Assembly (NCBI GenBank): GCA_035631615.1
Contig: DASQIK010000088.1
Coordinates: forward strand, 721 to 64,720
Direction of reading: 5' to 3'
Source of the DNA: Candidatus Dormiibacterota bacterium
Lineage (GTDB): Bacteria; Chloroflexota; Limnocylindria; Limnocylindrales; CSP1-4
Length of the DNA: 64,000 nucleotides
A program made the position numbers and the translations under genes. Below are positions 17,896 through 29,950 of this stretch, in pieces. Numbering within the stretch: position 1 is the stretch's first letter; each line of letters begins with the position of its first letter. The notes under the pieces are model-generated. The model was not told the DNA's origin. It worked only from the letters and a program-made list of their open reading frames with translations, and ran no database searches.

Positions 17896-18971
17896 GCGGT
17901 CGAGGTCGTGCCACAGGTCCTCGACGTGCTCCAGGCCGACGCTCAGGCGAATGAGCGTGTCCGGCACCCCCGCCGCCCTGTCCGAGGGGTAGCGCGCTCG
18001 CCGTTCCATTGACGACTCGACGCCACCGAGGCTCGTCGCGTGGACGACGAGCCGGGTCGCCTCGCAGACCGCTTCGGCGTCCTGGGCGCGCCCCTTCGTC
18101 TCGAACGAGATCATGGTCCCGGACCCCGGGTACCGAACGCGAGCGACGCCGCCGTGCGATCCAAGCCTCGTCGCGAGCTCGCGGGCCGTGGCCTGGCCAC
18201 GCGCAAACCGGATCGGGAGGGTCCTGAGCCCGCGGAGCGCGAGATACGCCTCGAGCACGCCCGGCACGGATCCCGTGTTGTGGCGCCGTCCGACGAGGCG
18301 CTGGCGGAGCTGGGGATTCGCCGCGATGACGGCGCCGAGCAGCAGGTCCGAGTGGCCGCCGATCAGCTTCGTCCCGGCGTGCATCACGAGATCGGCGCCG
18401 AGGGTCAGCGGCGTCTGCACGAGCGGCGTCGCGAACGTGTTGTCGACGACGACGAGCGCCCCGGCCCGCTTCGCGAGCGCGATCACCGCAGGCAGGTCGA
18501 CGACGTCGAGCATCGGGTTCGTCGGCGACTCGATCCAGACCAGCCCGGCTCCCTCGATGCTGTCGGCGAGCCGGTCGGCCGTGATCGCCGCGTGCGTCTC
18601 GAGCTCGATCTGGCCGCCCGCCGCTCGCTCCCGCAGCAGCTCCGCGACACCGTGATACGTCCCCCGCTGCGCGATCGCCCGGGAGCCGCGAGGGACCAGA
18701 TCGAGGATCGCGCCGGCGGCGGCCAGCCCGGAGGCAAAGGTGACGCACTGCCCATGCTCGAGCGCGCCGATGGCCGCCTCGAGCGCCTCCCAGCCGCGAT
18801 TGCCGTCCCGGCCGTATTCGAGCTCGCCGCCGTGGTGATACGTCGAGGCAGGCTCGATCGGGGTGTTGAGCGGGCCTCCCGGCGTGCGTGGCGGCCGGCC
18901 GGACGTGACGGCGACCGTCTCGGGATGCAGCGCGTCGTCATCCATGGGCGCGTCCCTTGACGTGGTGGAGC

Positions 18972-18975
<4 letters not shown>
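17869..18975 (-). CDS. PLP-dependent trans-sulfuration enzyme (cystathionine gamma-synthase/lyase family)
   Basis: 368-aa ORF. Family pattern: [23 protein letters not shown], and the PLP lysine region [16 protein letters not shown]. Its start overlaps the upstream gene's stop (ATGA). Confidence 0.85.
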
Positions 18976-21074
<2,099 letters not shown>

Positions 21075-21456
21075 CCGCCGATGGTAGCCGGGCCCGGTTC
21101 CGGCTCCCCGGCCGGGAACGCGGCGGTTCCTTGGGCGTTGGGCCTCGTCGTGGTGCCGCGGCCAGTCCTCTCGCCCCACGGGAGAACCCCGCATTCGTTC
21201 TCGTCGCGCGGCACAAGGTGGACCATCAACCCCGATCCGGCCGCACGGCGGGCCCCGGAAGCCCGAATCGATGTCGAGCGCGAACAAATCTGTTCCGAAC
21301 TTCTCGCCCGGGGGTAGGTTCCGCCCGGCGGGCAACCGTAACCTCGCAGGTGGCACTGAGTTGTTCCGCGGGGCGAGAACGCTCCCGGCGGACGAGACGG
21401 GCTGAGGTTGCCCGGAGCCCAGCCGCTCGGCGGATGCCGCTGGCTACGCTGAACGT

Positions 21457-22122
21457 GTGACTGAACTCCGCGAGCGCCTGGCCCACGTCCGCTGGCTGGG
21501 TGGCAGCTCCGGAGCCGGCAAGTCGACGATTGCGACGCGCCTCGCCGAGGTCCACGGGCTTCGGGTGTACAGCACTGATGAGACGCTCCGGCGCCACGTC
21601 TCCGTCGCCAGGCAAGATCGCCATCCGCTCGCGACGGCCTTCGTTCGGATGAGCATGGACGAGCGCTGGCTTGACCGCTCACCGCGCACGATGCTCGAGA
21701 CCTTCCACGGATTCCACGGCGAGCTCTTCGAGCGGATCGTGGCGGATTTGCTGTCGCTGCCGCCCGAGCCGCCCATCCTCGCCGAGGGATTTCGCCTGCT
21801 GCCGTGGCTCGTGGCCCCGCTCCTGCGGTCACCGGACGGTGCGGGACAGGCGGCCTGGCTGATCTCGACGCCGGCGTTCCGGCTGGCAGCGTTCGAGGCG
21901 CGCGGCGACGACTGGCACGGGGCGCAACGGACGCGCAATCCCGCACGCGCCATGGAGAATCTCCGGGGGCGGGACGCGCTCTTCGCGACGCGCGTCGCGG
22001 ACGGGGCGACCGCGCTCGGCCTGACCACCATTCCGGTGGACGGCAGCCTGGCCGTCGAGGCGCTGGCTGATCACGTCGCGGTCGCCCTCGGGCTCCCGGA
22101 CGGCCCGGGTCGTCCGGGGTAG
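21457..22122 (+). CDS. P-loop NTPase / kinase-like protein, function unknown
   Basis: 221-aa ORF with a GTG start. Walker A GGSSGAGKSTIATRL near the N-terminus. The size and layout resemble small nucleotide/nucleoside kinases. Confidence 0.6.
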   Translation: MTELRERLAHVRWLGGSSGAGKSTIATRLAEVHGLRVYSTDETLRRHVSVARQDRHPLATAFVRMSMDERWLDRSPRTMLETFHGFHGELFERIVADLLSLPPEPPILAEGFRLLPWLVAPLLRSPDGAGQAAWLISTPAFRLAAFEARGDDWHGAQRTRNPARAMENLRGRDALFATRVADGATALGLTTIPVDGSLAVEALADHVAVALGLPDGPGRPG

Positions 22123-22132
22123 CCTCCGCGGC

Positions 22133-22777
22133 ATGGCGTCGAACGCGGTTCCAGGCTTCCTGCCCTCGAGCCACGGCTTCCGCTTCGCGAACCGGTGGCC
22201 GCCCGGCCCGGCGCGGGTCGTCGACATTGGTGCGGTGCAGATCCCGATCGGCGACGTCGGCCGTGGCCTGTGCGGCGGCATGGCCTTCGCCGCGCGCGAT
22301 CGGTTCGACCGCGGCGCGGAGGCGCCTCCCGACACCGTGCCGCCGAGCCCCGGCCAGCCGCTGTTCAAGGAGATCGTCGACCGGCAGTTCGACTCGTTCG
22401 GCGCCCTTTTCCTCGTCCCGCTCACGTTCTGGCTGGCGGCGGTGGCAAGCCAGGCGGCGCGCGATCGCACGACCGTGCGCGACACGTGGCCGCTGGTGAA
22501 GTCCGGAATCGACGCGGGTGTGCCGCCGATGCTCGGGCTCGTGCGGGTCGCCGGGTGGAACCCGCTCGCCCCTCACTTCGGCCACCAGGTCGTGGCGTTT
22601 CGCTACCACGAGACCGCGACCGGGGTCACGATCTGGATCTACGACCCGAACCATCCCGGCGATGACGACGTGCGGCTCACGGTCACGCGCCGCCGGAACG
22701 GTGGCTACGCGATGGCACAGTCGACCTCGGAGCCCCTGCTCGGGATCCTCGCGCTGCCGTTCAGGGCGCCGGGATAA
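22133..22777 (+). CDS. Hypothetical protein; possible papain-fold (C39-like) cysteine peptidase
   Basis: 214-aa ORF with good GC3, starting 10 nt after the P-loop gene. Candidate Cys (GRGLCGGMAFAARD), His (FGHQVVAFRY) and Asp/Asn (IYDPNHPGDD) occur in the order expected for the fold. No signal peptide. The assignment rests on motif order only. Confidence 0.5.
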   Translation: MASNAVPGFLPSSHGFRFANRWPPGPARVVDIGAVQIPIGDVGRGLCGGMAFAARDRFDRGAEAPPDTVPPSPGQPLFKEIVDRQFDSFGALFLVPLTFWLAAVASQAARDRTTVRDTWPLVKSGIDAGVPPMLGLVRVAGWNPLAPHFGHQVVAFRYHETATGVTIWIYDPNHPGDDDVRLTVTRRRNGGYAMAQSTSEPLLGILALPFRAPG

Positions 22778-24083
22778 CCTCGGTGGCGCGGATCGCCTCC
22801 GGAGCGCGTGACGCCGTGGTTGCGGCCGACGGGCGCATGGGGCGGCCGCGCAGCACGGTGATGGCGCCGATGCCGGTGACGAGGCTCGCCGCCCCGCCGA
22901 GGCCGATCGCGACCGCCGCGCCGAAGCTCGACGCGATCGCGCCCGTCACCAGGCCACCGATCGGGGTCGAGCCGGCGAAGACCGTCGTGTAGACGCTGAG
23001 CACGCGGCCCCGCAGCTGGTCCGGGACGTTGAGCTGGATCACCGTGTTCGCGGTGGCGGCCATGCCGATGCCGCCGACGCCGGCGAAGAACATGCAGGCG
23101 AGCGCGAGCGGGAACGAGGCCGTGACGCTCATGACGATCTCGGCGGCACCCAGCATCAGCGCGCCCATCCCGATGATGATCGGCGTCGTCCGCCCGGAGA
23201 ACGCGATCGTGAGGGCGGAGATGATCGAGCCGACGCCGGTCGCCGCCATGAGGAACCCGTACCCGGTGGCGTCGGAGTGCAGGACCATCTGGGTGAGCGG
23301 CGGGATGACGACGGTGAAGTTCATCCCGAACGTGGACACGAGGCCGATGACCACGGTGGCGACGAGCACGACCTTCGTCCGCCGAACATAGCCCAGGCCT
23401 TCGCGCAGGTTCTCGAACACCGCGGACACCGACTGCGGCCGCGCGATCCCCGGGCGGGTGTGGAGGTCACCCTCGCGCATCTCGAGGAGCGCGACGATCA
23501 CGGCGAGGTACGAGATCGCATCCAGCAGGAACGCCGGCGCGACGCCGAACGCGCCGATCGTGATCCCGGCGACCGCCGGCCCGATCACCCGCGCGCCGTT
23601 GAACATCGCCGAGTTGAGCGCGACCGCGTTGCTGATGTCCTCGCGCCCGACCATCTCGACGGCGAAGGCCTGGCGCGTGGGCATGTCGAACGCGTTCCGG
23701 ATGCCCAGGAGCCCGGCGACCACGAGCACGTGCCAGACCTGGATGGTGTGCGTGAACACGAGCACGAACATGACGAAGCTCAAGAGGCTCGCGAACCCCT
23801 GTGTCACCACCAGCGTGCGTCGCTTCGGCAGGACGTCGGCGATCACGCCGCCGAACAGGCCGAGGATCAGCACCGGCAGGAACTGGACGGCGGCGACGAC
23901 CCCGAGATCGAACGGGTTGCCGGTCAGCTCGAGGACGAGCCAGCTCTGCGCGACCGTCATCATCCAGGTCCCGACGAGCGAGGTCAGCTGGCCGGCGAAG
24001 AACAGCCGGTAGTTGCGATGGCGCAGGGCACGCCAGCCCTGGTAGCCGAGGAAGCCGGCCATGGTCGGACGCGGCCTGGTCAT
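22761..24083 (-). CDS. MFS transporter (EntS/MFS_3-like efflux type)
   Basis: 440-aa ORF. N-terminal WRALRHRNYRLFFAGQLTSLVGTWM signature, with about 12 hydrophobic helices. Confidence 0.85.
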   Translation of the reverse strand: MTRPRPTMAGFLGYQGWRALRHRNYRLFFAGQLTSLVGTWMMTVAQSWLVLELTGNPFDLGVVAAVQFLPVLILGLFGGVIADVLPKRRTLVVTQGFASLLSFVMFVLVFTHTIQVWHVLVVAGLLGIRNAFDMPTRQAFAVEMVGREDISNAVALNSAMFNGARVIGPAVAGITIGAFGVAPAFLLDAISYLAVIVALLEMREGDLHTRPGIARPQSVSAVFENLREGLGYVRRTKVVLVATVVIGLVSTFGMNFTVVIPPLTQMVLHSDATGYGFLMAATGVGSIISALTIAFSGRTTPIIIGMGALMLGAAEIVMSVTASFPLALACMFFAGVGGIGMAATANTVIQLNVPDQLRGRVLSVYTTVFAGSTPIGGLVTGAIASSFGAAVAIGLGGAASLVTGIGAITVLRGRPMRPSAATTASRAPEAIRATEVIPAP

Positions 24084-24595
24084 CGCGGGGTCGTGTGGGC
24101 GCGGACCTCCGAGCCCGGCTCGAGCTCGGCGAGGTGGTCCTCGAGGTGGACGCGACGCGCGGTCGCGGTGTCGATCATGCCCTGGAGCCGATCGATCTTG
24201 GAGCGCAGGGTCGAGACCTGGCGATCGATCCGGTCGATGCCCTCGCGGAGCAGGGTTCGCCGCTCGTCGATGTCGGTGGTCGCGCGGAAGCGCGCGCGCG
24301 TCTGGGCGCGGGCGTTCTCGTCCTCGAGCAGCTGGCCGATCTCGGCGAGGCTGAAGCCGGCGTCATCGCGAAGGCCCTTGATGAACTGCAGTCGCGCGAC
24401 GTCGTCGGCGTCGTACAGGCGATACGACCCATCGGAGCGAGCCGGGTTGAGGAGCCCGATCTCCTCGTAATACCTGATCGAGCGCGTCGTCAGCCCGACC
24501 TGGTCGGCGACCTCCTGGATGCGGAGCTGTGGCTCGGCATCGGCCTGGGTCCCGTCGGCGGTCGGGGTGAGGGTCACCGTCGTAGCGTAGCGCAA
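24080..24595 (-). CDS. MerR family transcriptional regulator
   Basis: LRIQEVADQVGLTTRSIRYYEEIGLLNPARSDGSYRLYDADDVARLQFIKGLRDDAGFSLAEI, followed by a coiled-coil. A 4-nt overlap with the downstream MFS gene suggests a regulator-pump operon. Confidence 0.88.
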   Translation of the reverse strand: MRYATTVTLTPTADGTQADAEPQLRIQEVADQVGLTTRSIRYYEEIGLLNPARSDGSYRLYDADDVARLQFIKGLRDDAGFSLAEIGQLLEDENARAQTRARFRATTDIDERRTLLREGIDRIDRQVSTLRSKIDRLQGMIDTATARRVHLEDHLAELEPGSEVRAHTTPR

Positions 24596-24685
24596 CCTTG
24601 CCGTTTACGGGAAGGTTAGGGTTGCCGCATGCCGCGCCGACCGGCCGCCGCGCGTCCGATCGGTGGATTGCTAGCATCGCGAGCC

Positions 24686-25561
24686 ATGGACTACGGACTG
24701 GCGCTCCCCCACCTTGGCGACGACGCGAACCTCGACGGGGTGGCGACGGCGATCGACCTCGCCGAGCAGCACGGGTTCACCGACGTCTGGGTCACCGACC
24801 ACATCCTCGTCGACCATGACGCCGCCGAGGACTACGGCCGGATCTACGAGGCGGTCACGACCCTGGCCTGGGCGGCGGCGCGCACGTCACGGATCCGTCT
24901 TGGCACCAGCGTGATCGTCGTCCCGATGCGGAACGCGGTCCTGCTCGCCAAGCAGCTCGCGACGCTCGACGCGCTCTCGAACGGTCGGCTCATCGCCGGG
25001 TTCGGCGTCGGCTGGAGCCCGGACGAGTTCGCGAACGTCGGCGCGATCGACCGGTTCCACGAGCGCGGCGCCTACACGGACGAGACGATCGCACTGTGCC
25101 GGCACCTGTGGTCCGGCAGCACGGAGCCGTTCCACGGCCGCTACCACCAGTTCGACGACTTCGTGTTCGGGCCACTGCCGGTGCAGGGTGGGAACGTGCC
25201 GATCTGGATCGGCGCACGCGACGAGCGCGCGTTGCGCCGGGTCGGGCGACTTGCCGACGGCTACCACGCGTCGTCGGCGAGCCCGGCCGCGCTGGCCGGC
25301 CGCATCCCGGTGATCCGCGCGGCAGCCGAGGCGGCCGGCCGGCCGATGCCGCGGCTCTCCGCCCGCGTGCGGCTCGAGCTCGGCGTCGGCGCGCAGGACT
25401 TCTACACGATGCATGGCTCGCCGGCCGAGGTCGCCGCCGAGATTCGCGCCTACGCGGACCTCGGCGTCGACCACCTGGCGCTGATGTTTCCGCCCCGCGA
25501 TGCCGCTGGGCTCACGTTCGCCGTGGAGCGCTTCCTCGCCGAGGTCAAACCGCTCGCCTGA
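24686..25561 (+). CDS. LLM-class F420/flavin-dependent oxidoreductase
   Basis: Track ORF 24629..25561 trimmed to ATG 24686 (MDYGLALPHLG). Motifs: GFTDVWVTDH, RIRLGTSVIVVPMRN, GRLIAGFGVGW. Confidence 0.85.
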   Translation: MDYGLALPHLGDDANLDGVATAIDLAEQHGFTDVWVTDHILVDHDAAEDYGRIYEAVTTLAWAAARTSRIRLGTSVIVVPMRNAVLLAKQLATLDALSNGRLIAGFGVGWSPDEFANVGAIDRFHERGAYTDETIALCRHLWSGSTEPFHGRYHQFDDFVFGPLPVQGGNVPIWIGARDERALRRVGRLADGYHASSASPAALAGRIPVIRAAAEAAGRPMPRLSARVRLELGVGAQDFYTMHGSPAEVAAEIRAYADLGVDHLALMFPPRDAAGLTFAVERFLAEVKPLA

Positions 25562-25589
25562 GCACGTGCGCCGTGCCGCCCGGACGGCG

Positions 25590-25619
25590 GGGCGGCCACC
25601 TCCTCAGATGGCCGCCCCC
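25590..25619. terminator. Perfect 10-bp GC hairpin between convergent genes
   Basis: ggggcggcca-cctcctcaga-tggccgcccc, located 28 nt after the LLM gene stop. There is no clear U tract, which is common in high-GC genomes. Confidence 0.5.
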
Positions 25620-25666
25620 TTCGACAGGACGCTCCCTCGAGCGGCCCACCGGACCTCATGCGCTGG

Positions 25667-26275
25667 TCAATGCAGCGGTTGGCGCAGCACCGTGCGGAGC
25701 TTCCGCGGATCCGTGCGACGCGGGTCGCCCAGGTAGATCTCGTGGTGGGCGCCACGGGGCCGGAGCCCCGCCTCCCGTGCGACCTCGTGCATCCGGGCGA
25801 TCGTGTCGGGCTCCGCGTCGTACGGCCCGACGTGCATCGCCTCGACCGACACGCCCTCCCGGATGGTCCGGACGTACAGGTGATCAAGGGCCTCGGCGGG
25901 ATGGCGGCGGCGGGCGACCGCAATGGCGGACGCGACGTCGTCGGTGCCGGCCTCCTCGGGCACGCCGATCAGCAGCGTCCACTGCCAGGCCGCAGGCTCG
26001 AACGCGATATCGGCGTCCGCCCAGCTCGGCCGCCCGTCGCGACGCTCCCAGAGGGCCTCCGGCGGCGAGACGCGCGCGTTGATGCCGCGCTCGCGAAGCA
26101 GGAAGTGGAGCGTGTAGGCGGTCGTGTACAGCGCGCTCATGGCGGCCTGGAACTCGGGGCTGCCTGGCGCCGTGTCGCCGTCGACGGCAAGGCAGCGGCG
26201 ATCCGGTACTGTCACGATCCGGACGCGATGGGCTCGCGGCAGGTCGGTCGCGAGCGGGTACGCCTGCAGCGTCAT
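25667..26275 (-). CDS. GyrI-like small-molecule-binding domain protein
   Basis: Track ORF 25667..27022 trimmed to ATG 26275 (MTLQAYPLATDLP...). The pattern CLAVDG.....F..A...LY...Y........EALW......W.LLI..P and HVGPY...TI.R.H is typical of GyrI-like/SOUL-type proteins. Confidence 0.7.
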   Translation of the reverse strand: MTLQAYPLATDLPRAHRVRIVTVPDRRCLAVDGDTAPGSPEFQAAMSALYTTAYTLHFLLRERGINARVSPPEALWERRDGRPSWADADIAFEPAAWQWTLLIGVPEEAGTDDVASAIAVARRRHPAEALDHLYVRTIREGVSVEAMHVGPYDAEPDTIARMHEVAREAGLRPRGAHHEIYLGDPRRTDPRKLRTVLRQPLH

Positions 26276-26361
26276 GGTGCGCCTCCGAATCGGGAGGCTA
26301 GGTCGCTCGCCGGGGGCGGACCAGAGTCGGATTGCCCGCCAGGACGGGACCCGGGTCACGG

Positions 26362-29157
26362 TCAGAGGGCCGGCAGCACCTGCAGGTCGGTCTGCGCCGG
26401 GGCGAACAGGTCGCCGAGCCGATCGACCCGGTCCACGAGCGTGCGGATCGTCCAGCGATCGCTCCGCAGGTCGGGATCGTCCAGCTCGTCCCAGGTGATC
26501 GGCGCGGAGACCGGCGCTCCGTCTGCCGGCCGCACGGCATACGGCGCGACGAGCGTCTTGATCGAGGCGTTCTGGGTGTAGTCGAGGCGAGCCTTGCCGC
26601 CTCGCCGGTCCTTCGCCCACTCCCACGAAACGAGGTCCGGCACGGTCGCCCCGACGGCCCGCGACAGCCGCTCGACCCAGTCGCTCGTCTCGCGGAAGCT
26701 GTAGCGCCGCTCGATCGGGATCCAGACTTGGATCCCACGCCGGCCTGTCGTCTTCGGGTAGCCGCGCACACCGAGGTGGCCGAGCGCCGTTCGATACAGA
26801 CGCGCCAGGGTCAGGGTCTCGTCCCACGTCGTCTTCGTCCCCGGGTCGATGTCGATGAGGGCGAACGTCGGGCGGTCCGGTGCGTCGAGGCGCGAGGTCC
26901 ATGCGTGGACCTCGAAGGCGGCCTGGTTGCCGAGCCAGCACAGCGCGGCCACGCGGTCGCCGATGAGGTGCTCGTTCGCGTCGCGCTCGGAAACGCCGGT
27001 CTCCTTCCAGCGGCGCAGCCACGACGGCGCGGTCTCCGGGATGTCCTTCTGCCAGAAGCCGGGGCCGTCCGCACCGTTCGGGAACCGGTGCAGGTTCAGC
27101 GGCCGCTCCTCGAGGTGCGGCAGCATCGCCGGCGCGATCCGCGCGAAATACCGGACCAGCTCGCGCTTCGTGACCGGCTGCGGCAGGTCACCCTTCGCCT
27201 TGCTCCCGTCCGGCTCCGGGTCACCGGCCTTCGGCTTGAAGAGCACCTTGTCGAGGTTGGTGAGCTTGAGCTCGAACCCCCCGACGGACCAGGTTCCGTC
27301 CTTGGTCAGCGCCTCGAGCGCCGCGAGCTCGCCGGCCGAGGCAGCCCATGGAAACGCGTGCGTGGCCACGGCCACAGTGGCGCCCGCCGACGTCGACGTC
27401 GGCGCGTGGCGCTTCGGCGGTAGCGTTGCATCGGCGTCTGGTTCCGCGAGCGCACCCTCGACCTCGTCGACCGCGGCGGTCGTGGGCACGGCCAGCTCGC
27501 GGACCACCTTCGTCGGGGCCTTGCCGCCCTCGTCGAAGCCCTTGAACGCGGCCTGGCGGACGATGCCGTCACGGGTCCAGCCGCCGAGCTCCGCGCGAAT
27601 GACCAGCTCCGGCTTCACCCAGACGACGTCCTTCAGCTCGCCGCCCCAGCGGCCCTTGTAGTCCTTCGGAGGCGGCGGATCGAACGGGGATTCGGCGGTC
27701 TCGAGCGCGGCCAGCCGCTCCCGGAGGCGCTTGCGCGTCGCCGCCTTGAACCCCGAGCCGACCTTGCCGGCGAACCGGAGCTTGGGCTTCCCGCGGCCCT
27801 CGCGCTCGTACACGCCGACGACCACCGCGCCGAGGTCCCTCGCGGCGCCTTCGCCCGGCGTCCAGCCACCGACCACGAGCTCCTGCTCGGGGCGGATCTT
27901 GATCTTCAGCCACGTCCTGGCGCGCTTGCCCGGCTCGTACAGCGATCGGCGGTGCTTGGCGATGACGCCCTCGAGGCCCTGCGCCTTTGCGGCCTCATGG
28001 AACGCGACACCCTCCCCGATCACGTGGTCGGCGAAGCGCACCCGCCGATCGTCGGCGCGGAGGATCGACCGGAGCAGCTGCTTCCGGCTCTCGAGCGGGA
28101 CGCCGAGCAGCGAGCGCCCGTCCAGGAACAGGAGGTCGAACGCCTGGTAGACGAACCGGGTCGATGCGCCGCCAGTCGCCTCCTGGAGCAGGCTGAAGTC
28201 GGGCAGGCCGTCCTCGCCGATCGCGACGACCTCGCCGTCGACGATCGCCTCACGGGCATCGATCCAGGTCGCCTTCGTGAGCAGCTTCGGGAAGTACGCC
28301 TCGGCGTCGTTGCCGTTGCGCGTGTAGGTCTTCGCGCTGCCGTCGCGGACGACCGCCTCGACGCGATAGCCGTCCCACTTGACCTCGAACAGCCAGTCGT
28401 CGTCGCGGAACGGGCGGTCTGCGAGGGTGGCGGCCATCGGCTCGATGAACGCCGGCAGCTTGGCGTCCTTTGCGCCGCTCAGGTCGATCTCGGCGACTGC
28501 TGCGGGCGCGTGGCTGATCCAGATCGCGTCGCGGTCGGCCCTGACCTCGTCGTTGGTCCGGCCGGTCTTCACGCTCTGCGGAAGGTCCTCGGCGTCCCAG
28601 CCGGTGACGGCGGCATCGTCGCGCTTGTGGATGAGGAGCCACTGGTCGCCGCCCTCGTCATCGCGCTCGCGCTCCCGCCCGCGGGCGCCGCGGCCGCTGG
28701 TCCTGACGATCGTGAACCGGCCACGCAGCTTCTCGCCCGCGAGGACGAACTTGAGCTCGCCGTCCTCGACCGCGCGGCGCCCATCGGGCGTCTCGGATTC
28801 CGCCGCCCAGGTGCCCCAGTCCCAGACGATCACGTCGCCGCCGCCGTACTCGCCCTTCGGGATCACGCCCTCGAAGTCGAGATACTCGATCGGGTGGTCC
28901 TCGACGTGGACGGCCATGCGCCGAGCGCTCGGGTCCAGCGTCGGGCCCTTGGGCACCGCCCACGAGACAAGCACGCCGTCGATCTCGAGCCGGAAGTCAT
29001 AGTGCAGCCGCGTCGCACGGTGGCGCTGCACGACGAACCGGCCGCTGCGCGAGGTGGCGCCCGACACCGCCCCGCCGGCAGGCTCGGACGTCTTTCGGAA
29101 GTTGCGCTTGCGCTGGTATTCCTCGAGGGGCATCGCGCCAAGTTTGGTCGGCGGCAC
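26362..29157 (-). CDS. ligD: Multidomain ATP-dependent DNA ligase LigD (phosphoesterase - ligase - polymerase/primase order)
   Basis: 931-aa ORF. PE domain RFVVQRHRATRLHYDFRLE...SWAVPKGP; ligase motif I FEVKWDGYR; C-terminal Pol domain LTNLDKVLFKP...HRFPNG...FWQKD...IDIDP. Confidence 0.92.
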   Translation of the reverse strand: MPPTKLGAMPLEEYQRKRNFRKTSEPAGGAVSGATSRSGRFVVQRHRATRLHYDFRLEIDGVLVSWAVPKGPTLDPSARRMAVHVEDHPIEYLDFEGVIPKGEYGGGDVIVWDWGTWAAESETPDGRRAVEDGELKFVLAGEKLRGRFTIVRTSGRGARGRERERDDEGGDQWLLIHKRDDAAVTGWDAEDLPQSVKTGRTNDEVRADRDAIWISHAPAAVAEIDLSGAKDAKLPAFIEPMAATLADRPFRDDDWLFEVKWDGYRVEAVVRDGSAKTYTRNGNDAEAYFPKLLTKATWIDAREAIVDGEVVAIGEDGLPDFSLLQEATGGASTRFVYQAFDLLFLDGRSLLGVPLESRKQLLRSILRADDRRVRFADHVIGEGVAFHEAAKAQGLEGVIAKHRRSLYEPGKRARTWLKIKIRPEQELVVGGWTPGEGAARDLGAVVVGVYEREGRGKPKLRFAGKVGSGFKAATRKRLRERLAALETAESPFDPPPPKDYKGRWGGELKDVVWVKPELVIRAELGGWTRDGIVRQAAFKGFDEGGKAPTKVVRELAVPTTAAVDEVEGALAEPDADATLPPKRHAPTSTSAGATVAVATHAFPWAASAGELAALEALTKDGTWSVGGFELKLTNLDKVLFKPKAGDPEPDGSKAKGDLPQPVTKRELVRYFARIAPAMLPHLEERPLNLHRFPNGADGPGFWQKDIPETAPSWLRRWKETGVSERDANEHLIGDRVAALCWLGNQAAFEVHAWTSRLDAPDRPTFALIDIDPGTKTTWDETLTLARLYRTALGHLGVRGYPKTTGRRGIQVWIPIERRYSFRETSDWVERLSRAVGATVPDLVSWEWAKDRRGGKARLDYTQNASIKTLVAPYAVRPADGAPVSAPITWDELDDPDLRSDRWTIRTLVDRVDRLGDLFAPAQTDLQVLPAL

Positions 29158-29183
29158 GGCTCGCCGTCCACCGCGGCCCTAGC

Positions 29184-29915
29184 ATGGCGAGCCTCGTGCG
29201 CGGCTTCCTCGGCTTCACGGTGCTCGCCCTCGTCGGGCTCGCTGCCCTCGTCTTCTTCGTGCTGCCGACGCTGGTGCAGCCGATGGTCGTGAGCGCGGTC
29301 CGCTCGGCGCTCGCGTTCGGCGATCAGGCGCTCCAGATCGACGCGACGGTGACGGGCCCGGGGTTGCTCGGCGGCGCCATCGACGAGATCCGGATTCGCG
29401 GGTCGAACCTCGACGTCATCAGCCCCAACGCGGGCGTCAGGATCGGTAAGCTCGACGTGACCCTGCACCACGTCTCGATCGGCGACCACGCCTTCAGGGC
29501 GGTCTCCGGCGGCCTCGACGATGTCGCCATCCCGCTGTCGAATGGCGCGCCGATCACGATCCTCCGCGTCGAGCTCACGGGCGAATCGAACGCCGTGACC
29601 GGAGCGGCGCAGTTCGGACCCGAGCAGGCGCGCGCGTTCATCACGCGCTGTTTCGCCGACGCAGGGATCACCGTCGATGGTGTCCAGCTCGAGGACGGGA
29701 GGGTGGCCGTGATGGTGTTCGGCCAGCGCGTGGACCTCGCGATCGGCGTGCAGGACGGGGCGCTGGTCGTGCCCGATGCACTGGGCGCCGGCCCGATCAC
29801 GCTCATCCAGCCGGGCGTCGACGATCAGTGGCGGCTGACAGGGACCTCCGTCACGCCGGGCAGCCTGGAGATCGACGTGGTGGTCAACGCGGCGACGCTG
29901 CTCGCGCGCAGGTAA
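29184..29915 (+). CDS. Membrane-anchored hypothetical protein (possibly DUF2993/LmeA-like)
   Basis: 243-aa ORF with an N-terminal TM helix (FLGFTVLALVGLAALVFFVL), followed by a beta-rich region with repeated motifs (IRIRGSNLDV, LDVTLHHVSI). The family assignment is from memory only. Confidence 0.55.
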   Translation: MASLVRGFLGFTVLALVGLAALVFFVLPTLVQPMVVSAVRSALAFGDQALQIDATVTGPGLLGGAIDEIRIRGSNLDVISPNAGVRIGKLDVTLHHVSIGDHAFRAVSGGLDDVAIPLSNGAPITILRVELTGESNAVTGAAQFGPEQARAFITRCFADAGITVDGVQLEDGRVAVMVFGQRVDLAIGVQDGALVVPDALGAGPITLIQPGVDDQWRLTGTSVTPGSLEIDVVVNAATLLARR

Positions 29916-29950
29916 CGGCCTGCCGGAAAGGGGCGAACCCCGGCGGGTTC

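Noticed and set aside
21075-21456. Possible SAM (SAM-I/SAM-IV), cobalamin or TPP riboswitch upstream of the sulfur-metabolism operon.
   Set aside because: Fragments such as GAGAGGACTGGCC, GGCAACC and GGCACTGAG occur, but not in the order, spacing or helical context of any core I can recall. It is kept only as an unexplained long intergenic region.
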